From IMG/VR virus record IMGVR_UViG_3300032770_000001, positions 310,001 through 374,000 of that record: 64,000 bases of DNA; one strand, 5' to 3'. Numbering within the stretch: the first letter of the stretch is position 1; the number at the start of each line of letters is the position of its first letter. A program made the position numbers and the translations under genes. The notes under the pieces are model-generated. The model saw only the letters and a list, made by a program, of their open reading frames with translations, was not told the DNA's origin and searched no databases. Below, in pieces: positions 28,854 through 38,400 of the stretch.

Positions 28854-28883
28854 AGGGTAGGAGGCGGACTATCCGCACTGACT

Positions 28884-29546
28884 ATGACACCTGATCTTCC
28901 GGTAATGTCGGTTCCAATCAACGTAACCAGTCTCCCTACGCGAGCCAAGAACGTTTTGAAACGTCTCGACGCGAAGACCGTGGGAGACATCACCAAACTG
29001 AAGCGTTCGGAGATTCTCCGAGCGAAATGGGCAGGCAAGAAAGTGCTTGCCTACATCGAAGAATTCTTATCCATGAGAGGACTCACCTTGACACCAGAAG
29101 AAAACGGCCCGGTTGTTGAAAAGGGCTTTCCATTGCTCAACGCATTCAACTCCATCGAAAAACAAATCTTCGACTACTTCGGCTATCGTGAAGACTGGGT
29201 CAAGATTCCGATGGAGGATCGCACCGAAATGTACTGGATGCTCCAACAGAACGACAACGGCGGCGGTTCCGTCACCTATTTCGAGGAGCCCATCACTGAA
29301 GAAATCCTCAATGACGGTAAGTGCTATCGCGACTCGATCTACACACAGCGTTTCCTGCCGAAGTGGGTTTATCCCGGCAAGGATTACACCATGATCGTCG
29401 TGGATACGCACACCGATGGCAACAAGTTCCTCGCGATCTTCGACAACAAAAAACAGGTCACCATGTCAGCCGGACTTGTATCGGCGAATCGCCGTTGGGA
29501 TTTATACGGCGACCACGGCGTCCCGTTGGATATGGTCGAAAAGTAA
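28884..29546 (+). CDS. RNA polymerase alpha-CTD-like domain fused to a phage domain
   Basis: 'PINVTSLPTRAKNVLKRLDAKTVGDI...GKKVLAYIEEFL..GLTL'. Confidence 0.75.
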   Translation: MTPDLPVMSVPINVTSLPTRAKNVLKRLDAKTVGDITKLKRSEILRAKWAGKKVLAYIEEFLSMRGLTLTPEENGPVVEKGFPLLNAFNSIEKQIFDYFGYREDWVKIPMEDRTEMYWMLQQNDNGGGSVTYFEEPITEEILNDGKCYRDSIYTQRFLPKWVYPGKDYTMIVVDTHTDGNKFLAIFDNKKQVTMSAGLVSANRRWDLYGDHGVPLDMVEK

Positions 29547-29980
29547 TGGTCTGGCTCAAGTACCCTCCCGACCCATTGCTTACGCAGGAGCAATGGTGCG
29601 AACTCGCCGAAAACGGTACGGACGATCAGTTGTGGGAAGCGATCTGTGCGGCAAGTTCACATGATCTGCTTCTCCACCACGTGTTTCAATCCGTGACGCG
29701 AATGGACGGTCGCGACGGGAGGATATACGAGTGCGTACCGCGACACCGCATCCTGATGATCGCGCTTTATCACATGATGCTGCGGAATCGGAAACTGGAA
29801 GAGCAGTACAAAGATTTGCTGGATCGCCAACCGCCTCCGATGTTGACGATGAAAGTGCTCAAGGCTAGGAAGAAAAATGAAAAAGGCGATGAGATCACTG
29901 TGCTTGAAGTTACGCCCGACAGGAGTAAAATTGTCGCTCCTGCTGGTGATGTTCGCACTGATGATCGTAGCGGGAGTTAA
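29546..29980 (+). CDS. hypothetical protein
   Basis: TAATG coupling (MVWLKYP). Confidence 0.6.
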   Translation: MVWLKYPPDPLLTQEQWCELAENGTDDQLWEAICAASSHDLLLHHVFQSVTRMDGRDGRIYECVPRHRILMIALYHMMLRNRKLEEQYKDLLDRQPPPMLTMKVLKARKKNEKGDEITVLEVTPDRSKIVAPAGDVRTDDRSGS

Positions 29981-30281
29981 AAATCGGATCGGTGTTTGTG
30001 TCGTGCTGACCGTCCTGATGATCGCGGTCGGAGCGAATGGGGAAACTTTTCCCGAAGTGCAGGAATCGAAAGAATTAGACATAAGTCGCGATGAACGTGA
30101 TCGTCTGGTGGGCGATTACAGCACCTACAACCCGGCTTTCCGCTACTACCGGGCGGGAAATAACAAATGCGATACCTGCAAATTAGAGTTTAGAGATCAC
30201 CCGGTGGTTCGTATGCCGGAGAAAAGATTTTACGGTTGTGAGCTATTCGTTCTTTGCAACACAGATCGCGTGAAATTGTAA
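29961..30281 (+). CDS. hypothetical protein, possible signal/TM segment
   Basis: hydrophobic N-terminus, CxxC; start uncertain. Confidence 0.45.
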   Translation: MIVAGVKNRIGVCVVLTVLMIAVGANGETFPEVQESKELDISRDERDRLVGDYSTYNPAFRYYRAGNNKCDTCKLEFRDHPVVRMPEKRFYGCELFVLCNTDRVKL

Positions 30282-30359
30282 GTCTGACAGGCTTTTCGAG
30301 GAGTCTAATTTAACTAAAGGAAGGAAGTCGGCTTTTCCTTTCTTAAGAAAGGTTCCAAG

Positions 30360-31571
30360 ATGTTCGGAGGCACTGGAGTGGGTAGACAACAACTCAACAC
30401 CAAACTTGACCCCAACAAACGGTCAAACGACGCAAAGGAATTCGAATCAGCTTTACGCCGCAGAATCGTTGGTCAAGATCAGGCGATTGAGAAGGTCGTC
30501 GAAATCTACCAAATGTTTCTGGCAGGTTTGAACCCTCCCGGTCGCCCGGTAGGAAACCTGCTCTTTCTTGGGCCGACAGGCTCCGGCAAGACTCGCGTAG
30601 TCGAGGCAATGGCTGAATCACTTTTCGGTGATGCGCGTGCTTGCATTAAGATCGACTGCGCAGAATTCCAACACTCACACGAAATCGCGAAGTTGATTGG
30701 TTCTCCTCCGGGATATCTCGGTCACCGTGAAACTCATCCTCTACTCACGCAGGAAGCCCTGAACCAATGGTTCACAGAGAAGCTGAAGCTTTCGATCCTG
30801 CTCTTCGACGAGATCGAGAAGGCGTCGGACTCGCTCTGGCAGTTGCTCCTCGGCATTCTCGACAAAGCAACCTTGACGCTCGGCGACAATCGTCGCGTAG
30901 ACCTGAGCCAGTGCATCATCGTCATGACCTCAAACCTTGGGGCTGGCGAGATGCAGGAAATGCTCTTGGGTGGTGTCGGGTTCCACATTAAAGACGGTGG
31001 AAACATCGTTGTGGATGAGCGTCTCGACGACAAGATTCAGCGCACGGCGGTTGAGGCGGCACGCCGCAAGTTCACGCCCGAATTCATGAACCGCATCGAC
31101 AAAACGGTCGTGTTCAAGACACTCCGCGAGGAGCACCTACGAGAGATTCTCCGTATCGAACTCGGCATGGTGCAACAGCGCATCCTGATGGCGGCTGGCA
31201 CGAACCAGTTCGTGTTTGAAGTCACGGATAAGGTTAAGGGCGATCTACTCAAGGAAGGCATGGACCCGAAGTACGGTGCCCGTCACCTGAAACGTGCCAT
31301 CGAACGTAAGATCGTTCATCCTCTTGCCAATTTGGTTGCGACTGGACAAACGAAGTTGGGCGACTTCATCAAGATCGACGTGGACAAAGATGGTGAATAC
31401 ACGTTCGTCAAAGAAGCCGAAAACGCGATGGTTCCAGTTCTGATGGAACGCTACGCCGCCACGGGCTCGACCGTGTCCGGCACGGTGGTACGTTCCGGCA
31501 TCCGCAAGGGCGACCCCGGCAGCAATCAAGGCGGTCCGCCCGTATCCGGCGTTCCCGGCTCCGGCTGGTAA
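30360..31571 (+). CDS. stand-alone ClpA/ClpB D2-type AAA+ ATPase
   Basis: 'IVGQ', Walker A GPTGSGKT, pore loop GSPPGYLG, Walker B LLFDEIEKA, 'MTSNLG', 'PEFMNRID', 'YGARHLKRAI'; no N-domain or D1. Confidence 0.9.
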   Translation: MFGGTGVGRQQLNTKLDPNKRSNDAKEFESALRRRIVGQDQAIEKVVEIYQMFLAGLNPPGRPVGNLLFLGPTGSGKTRVVEAMAESLFGDARACIKIDCAEFQHSHEIAKLIGSPPGYLGHRETHPLLTQEALNQWFTEKLKLSILLFDEIEKASDSLWQLLLGILDKATLTLGDNRRVDLSQCIIVMTSNLGAGEMQEMLLGGVGFHIKDGGNIVVDERLDDKIQRTAVEAARRKFTPEFMNRIDKTVVFKTLREEHLREILRIELGMVQQRILMAAGTNQFVFEVTDKVKGDLLKEGMDPKYGARHLKRAIERKIVHPLANLVATGQTKLGDFIKIDVDKDGEYTFVKEAENAMVPVLMERYAATGSTVSGTVVRSGIRKGDPGSNQGGPPVSGVPGSGW

Positions 31572-31590
31572 TTAGCTTCAAAAGCAGACT

Positions 31591-31627
31591 ATGCGGCTCT
31601 TCAATAGAGAGCCGCATTTCGCTTTTT
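31591..31627 (+). terminator. intrinsic terminator
   Basis: ATGCGGCTCT...AGAGCCGCAT followed by TTCGCTTTTT. Confidence 0.7.
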
Positions 31628-31637
31628 GGAGACTAAA

Positions 31638-32066
31638 ATGGCATTCAACCTCGCATGGGTACCGCTTCGCAATAGCAAAACTTGGGTCATGAAACAGATC
31701 GAGGACTGCAAGAACGTCCCGGAGGTCAACTCCCGGTTGATGTTCCTTGCCACGTCTATGGCGATCATCCTATGCATGATAATTCTCACCATCGGATTGT
31801 TTTACAGCGACCGCATCAAAGAGGTTTACGAGGGTGGTATGGCCGTCCTGCTCGGCGGACACGGTGTGTCGGCTTGGGGTCGCAGCAAGACCAAGGGCGA
31901 CGGCGGCGGTGACAATGGGAATGGGAACGGTGGGGGAGATCAACCTGACCCGAACGCTCAACCCGATCCAAACGCCCAGCAACCCGTCCCAGCGGCTCCG
32001 GCACCTGCACCAGCCCCGGCACCTGCACCCGCACCTGCGACCGGATCAGCGGGAGACAAGGGCTAA
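31638..32066 (+). CDS. holin-like membrane protein with G/N, PDPNAQ and PA-repeat tail
   Basis: GGAG RBS; one or two TM segments; low-complexity tail. Confidence 0.5.
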   Translation: MAFNLAWVPLRNSKTWVMKQIEDCKNVPEVNSRLMFLATSMAIILCMIILTIGLFYSDRIKEVYEGGMAVLLGGHGVSAWGRSKTKGDGGGDNGNGNGGGDQPDPNAQPDPNAQQPVPAAPAPAPAPAPAPAPATGSAGDKG

Positions 32067-32333
32067 TTTCTTGGCCTTCTTTTTCTCGGCACGCACACGG
32101 GCGACGTGCTGCTCGACCGCCCACATGTAGAGTCCATGAAAAGAGAACTCGTATTTCTGACGAGTTCCTTTCAGCCGCACGCTACCATGCCAGCCGTTGT
32201 CTACATCTACGATCACGCTGCGCATCAAAGGACGGCGACGTGGTTTCTTCTCTATCGTCACTGTGCCCCATGAACGAACTTCAGCATCAGTTTCGAAACT
32301 GAGCCGCGTCTTACGTGTTGAAACCTTAGTCAT
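32046..32333 (-). CDS. basic hypothetical protein
   Basis: GGAGGG RBS before MTKVST. Confidence 0.65.
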   Translation of the reverse strand: MTKVSTRKTRLSFETDAEVRSWGTVTIEKKPRRRPLMRSVIVDVDNGWHGSVRLKGTRQKYEFSFHGLYMWAVEQHVARVRAEKKKAKKLALVSR

Positions 32334-32437
32334 GTTTCCCTCCGACTTACACGTATAGAATATCATGCTCGATTTTCGAAACATGCGTTTTAGCCAGTGT
32401 TCATGCTGGTTTGCGTAAGATAAGTTATTTAGATTGA

Positions 32438-35400
32438 CTACGAAGATTTTTCGCTTGACAAAAATTCCGCTGAAGTCTTGGTATCTTCATCCCACTCAGG
32501 TTCCCACTTCTCGTACTTTATGAAAATGTGAACGCCTATCGTCTTCACACCCGCCTTCAAAGCAGCGAGCCAGCGGTGGTGCCCGTCCCGTATTTGGTAC
32601 TTGCCGTCCTTTTCAGGCCAAACTGCAATCGCCTTGAACTTGCTTCCGCCCTGTTTCATACGTCTCGCAAAGCGATTGACTTTCTCCGCGTAATGAGTCT
32701 GACCCTGACGTGACATCTGCTCCCCGCCTTCGATCTTCTCAATCGGAACCAACGTAACGTTCGGATCGTAATGGAAGTCCCGGTCATCATTGATGTCCGG
32801 ATCGGGCACCCATGTCACTTCGGGTGCTTTACCCGCAACCTTGGTACGCTTCAGAATCTTGATCTGCTGCGGAGAGAACACGCAGTAGCTCTTACCGCCG
32901 AACTCCGGACTGTTGCCTTCGTCGAGAATCGCGCCATCATACTTCAGGAACCGCAGGGCGTCCATCACGGGCTTGGAATCGATCAGCTTCCACTCCATGC
33001 CGGGATCGGTGACCTCTAGCATGTCGATGTTGATGCCCATCTCTTTCCAGTCCTGTTCGTTTAACTGACCCTCGGTGTACGCACGCAGGGCTTCAAGCAA
33101 TGTACGGGTAGCGTGCTCCGGAGGCGTGGTGCCCATCGGAAGCGGCTGAACATCGACATCCTCATCAATCCAGTTTGGGTTGGTGAAGTCCACCGGGTTG
33201 TTCATGGTGATCTGACAGGTCAGAACGTACTTGTCTCGTTTGTTGCCCGGATTTCCGGCACGGTTCTCAGCCCAATTGACGGCGGTCTGATAGTCCGGCG
33301 TGAAGAAGTAGGCATTGCTGCCGACCGTGACCTCAGCCAATCCCCAGAGTGTGCGCTTCCCAGTTGTAGGTGCGAACTCATTGAAGACGTGCGGAGTGCC
33401 GTGATACATAGTCATTGTCTTGGCAGTCTTTACGGAGCCCTCTTTATAATCTCTCTGCAACCGACGCTGTAGCTCCTGCTTGTGGTACTTGTTGGCGGTG
33501 TAGGGGCTGATCTCAGGCTCAACGATGCCCTTCACTTTGACCTGATTGGGTTTGAACACGATGTAGTCATCGTTGCCGAGAGTCTCATGATGGAGTTCAA
33601 TGACATTCTTGATAATCACCCCATCGTAGCCCCTTTCGTGGGCGAATGAGACGATGCTATCCGTATCGACCTCGTCTCCGTTGAACCAACCCTTCATTGC
33701 TTTTGGCGTCGGAATGGAATAATACCCGTTGTTTTTGGCGTCCACAACGAACGGCTTGTTGATCGTCAGATAGCATTCGTACACGAACGAACCGTATGCT
33801 TGCGCTACCAGTGGATCGGTGCAGAAAAATTTTCCCACCCGGTACTTGGGATCGTTGTGGATGTTATCTGACCACTTGTAGGTGCCGTGGTAAACAGGGC
33901 CGTACTGCTTCGCAACCTTGCCATGCGTGGGATCGAGTTTCAACTGCACACGATAAAGTCCACCATGAACTTTGTCGAGCAACACGGAGTGACCGCGTGA
34001 TTCCCACCACCGTTTGTACTTCAAAGCATCGCTCTTGTTCAGGAGTCCCTCGTCCGACCATCGCTGTTTCTTCGCAGCGGTATGTTCAGTCGGATGCCCC
34101 CAAACCTTCATCATCAGGTGTCCACCCGCAACCATGTCAATGTCTTCGAAATCGTTGTTTTCATACCACTGAATCAGGTTGAACCCCTTAGCTTGCTCCT
34201 CAGCAGTGTCGGCTACCAATAAGCAAAGTTTGGCTCCCCGCGACTCGGCCTCATCGAGAAATTTGTAAAGCAGATCATTTCCGTGTCCCTGACCCCGTGC
34301 GCTATCGTACACGTTGATATTGTTCAGGACAGCGAAATAATCGTATTGCCGTATGTCAGCGACTAACTCTTCGTTCGTGTAATTGAAACGGTCGAGCCAA
34401 TTTTGTAGTTGCTCAGCCGTCGTACTGGCAACGTATCCTTCAGCGGTGCCGAAATCCGTACTTACAACAATCTCCCGCACACCCGCCGCTGTCTTAGATG
34501 CCGTCTTGTTAAACTCATCCAGATCGAGAACCACAACCGCAGGAATGGACTTGGCTCCTAGAATCTTCAGAGCATCGTAGCGATGCGAACCTTCCACGAT
34601 GAACGGACCACCGGGGTCAACGCCAACGATCAGGGGCATCAATTCACCCGACTGTTTGATCTCTTCCGCCAGTTGTTTGGTACGCGGCGTCACATCGGGC
34701 GGCATATCGAACTCATCGAACGGCACTTCCCGGATGCCGTCGAGGATCAGGTAGTTCGGGAAAGTCGCGGCGATGGAACTCATGTTGTCCACCTGATCGA
34801 GAACCGTGCGACCATCTACAACCTGACCTGCCTCCGGGTATTTGACGTTGAACTGAGCTTCCAGATCGTCTTCACTGGAGCCCGTCGTCTCGGATGATCC
34901 CTTCCCGAACGGACGATTCTTCTGCTGCCACAATCCGAACCCAGCAGGGCTCCGGTCGCTGTGGGGGACGACATAATGTCCGACCACTTCCTCGGCGTAC
35001 ATATACATCGCCGTAGCCAAACCTTGACGCCGATACTCAGGTTCGACTTCGGTGTTCGCGGACTGGAGCTTATTGTTTCGCAGAACAAAATCAACGGAAC
35101 CTGCGTACTTTCCCTGCGCGGTCAGCCCTTTCTGAGTCGTATCAAAGGCGCGAACGGTGACTAAATTCCAATTGTTCTCATCGATTTCCAGATCAGGATC
35201 GGTTGGATCGCCATATTCATGGTAGCCGTACTCCAGTTCAAGTTTGAAGTTTTTGTACATGCCGCTACCGTAATCAACATCAACAGGTCCGGCTCCGGTC
35301 TTCTCACCGTCTTCCCAGCCACGCAGATCGATCAGGTACGCCTTAATCATCTGCCCCAGTTCTTTGGCGGCTGCGGTACGGTGATTGCCGTCGAACACAA

Positions 35401-38400
35401 ACAACCCCTCATCGGTATCGATGAATAGGGGGTGAGCCAGATGTTCCTCACTGGCATTCGCCTTCGGCTCGTTGATAAGCTCCGGGTTCTGAAGGAAGTA
35501 ATCGTAATCCGCAGTCACCAGTACGGATTGATCGGTCTTCACGATACTCGGATCGAACTCGTCCAATGGGGCATTGGCAATGTCCTGCTTGCGCTGCTCC
35601 CACGGCTTGCGAGCCCACTCGTCGATCACCAATGGACGTTCGCCGACATAGTCTAGCGTGGTCGGCATCTTGTCGTCGCCTTCCGGCGAAGATGCTCTTT
35701 TGGAATAGGTACGCTGACCACTTAGATTGTAGTTTTGTTTGTAGTCAGCATCGTTGATGTTACCGATTCGTATTTCGCGGACGATATCGTCTAAAGGCGC
35801 GGGTGTGCTTCCGTAGGGCTCGTAATCTTCAAATTGATCCGATGTGGCATCGATATAAGTGTTGTCGATAATTACCCAGCTATGTGGAATACCATTACTG
35901 TACCCATAAGCGATGGATGGACTGTATCCTGCATTTTCCAAGGCATCATAAACAGCGTCGGAAACTGGTTCACAATCTCCATTTTGAGCACGGCGACTAC
36001 CTATCACGCTTTCACGAGCATCCAAAACAATTTCTCGAATATCGGATAGGGACGCCTGTTTCTTTTGCCCGCCTGCGTGCTTTTCGATGATGTCCTTGGA
36101 GTTCTTAAACAGGGCGATGAGGCCGGGGTGGAAACTGCCGGAATCCTCTTCCATCATCTTGTTGATCTCATCCAGCGTGAACCACTCCAGTCCAGTGGTC
36201 TCCCAGTGGTGCTCACTCTGCGGGTGGAAGCTAAACTCGGTGCCCACCAGCCCAATGAAATTGTGGTAGCTGAAGCTGCCGGAACTGAACACGTAAGCCG
36301 GGATCATTGTGACGCCGCCGCCGTATCCCGTTTCCTCTTTCAGTTCGGCCTTGGCCGACTGCGCCAAACCCATACCCTCTTTGACTGCCCCGCCAATAGT
36401 GCCCCAACAGTCGCCGATGTGCACGTCCGGTGAACGCCACGCGAAACAGATACGCTTGGTGGTTGTGCAGATCGGCAGAACGCCTGATGCGGCGTTGCCC
36501 TCTCCAGCCCAAAAGCCCTCATCGTTAAAACCCTCGGCGAGCTTAATGCTAAAGTAGGGCAGCTTGTCTCGTTTATCCCGCTTCTTGGTCACGGGATAGC
36601 GTTGCGAGATGCGCTTCCACGCGGCCTTGGCTTCCGGCGTCTGATCGATACTCGAATTGAATTCTTTGTAGCCCCGCTTCTTGGCTTCAACGATAGCCAT
36701 ATCGTAGAGTTTCTGACCCAGACCTGTGCCACGGTAGGCATCCTCAACGTTGATATCGTAGACGTATGGACCTGCGATGACGGCTCCCTCGGTGCCGATG
36801 TCGATAAAACCGACCGGGCCTTCATACTGAGCGAAAGGACGAGGCATACGGTCTGGTGCCCATGCTCTAATCGTCCAACCACCGTACTCGTTATCGTTTT
36901 CTTCTGTTTCAAAGGTCAGTTTGGAGACATCGCCCTTCGGCACTTCCGATCCGGTCTTCGGGGTCGAGCCCAGCACGATGTAGTAGAGACCCCAGTCGTC
37001 GTCGAAATCGGTCTGGTAACGCTTCTTCAGTTTCTCCCAAACACTTGCCGCTTGCGGACTGTGGTCAATACCCTCATACAGGCGCTCATAACCAAGCTCG
37101 GCAGCTTTTGCAATCCCGGCCTGATAAATTCGCAGGCCGATACCTTGACCCTGAAGGTGTTGAGCGACAGAAGCGGCATCTACCATCAAGCTGTTCTTTG
37201 GAGCACGGGGATTGCCGGGTGCGTCTTCCATCAGTTGGAGGAACACAACACCAACACGTTGTCCCCCCAGTTTCGCGTAGGCTTCCACCCCTTTCGGAAT
37301 TTCCTCGGCGATAACCTCAACCCCATCGGCCAACGCAGCCGTCTTGACGCGACCGACAATACTACACGTGCGGAACGCCCGATCATTCACTTTATCCAAT
37401 TCGAATTTATCGACCTTGAATTGGTACCCACGCCCTAACACGATTTCCTTCTGATAGCCGCCGATGTCCAGATGCCCGGTGCCCTTTGGGACGTTGATGA
37501 TTAACACATCATACTTTTTAAGTCCGATATGCTTCGCAAGCTGATCGAGCCATGCTGGATCACCGTCTAGTGTGCAAGATACAAACCCACGATCAATGAA
37601 ACGGCTACCTTCGTTTGCCATCACAGCATTATCAGGAACAATGCGGTAGACTGTGGTAGCTTCAGGCAGAGGGTTGCTCTCAATGGCTTCATCCAAATCT
37701 AATACGGTCTGCCGATCATTCGTATCGAGATCGTCGTCCTTACGTTTACGTAGCGCCTCGTTGGTATCAACGAACATAACACCTGTGGAATAGTCTTTCT
37801 TCAGCCTATCCACATCATCCTTCACAGCGGAAGTCTTCGTCTGCTCAAGGTACGCCTTAGCTTCATCCGGACGATTCTGAAGACGCCACTTTGCACTGCG
37901 GAGATACGCCTTCTGTGTGCGTTCCGGCAGTTGCTCCCACGATGTTGCTTCGCCGCCACTCAACCAGTCTATGCTTGGAGAACCGAATAGAATCTTCGCC
38001 AGAGCCTCAACAACCTTGGGATCGTTCGGATCGTACTCTTTTGCCGGGGCTGCGGAAGCTTGAGTGGTTTCTTCCTGTCCGGCAACGGGTTTACCCTTGG
38101 CGTCAAGGAAGACAACGTCACGGTCGTAAACGTTGTAATCGGTGCCGCCTTTCTGCCACTTTACTTCAAGCAGACGAGTCGCACCACCGTAATATTGCTG
38201 ACCCACGTCCGGTGCCAAGTTGCGAATCTGCCGGATCACGCCTTTCATGCCATCGGCTTTACGCTGAACCTTAGAACCGATGTCACCCGGCTTCGTCATC
38301 GAAGGATCAACTTCATAGACGCGGGAAGGATCGAATACCACGATCTGATCGCCGTCGAGCAATTTGTGCAAGCCCTTACCCTTGAACCATACGGCATCAT

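Noticed and set aside
31900-32045. Short tandem repeats (PDPNAQ x2, PA repeats)
   Set aside because: Low-complexity coding tail of a membrane protein, not an array.
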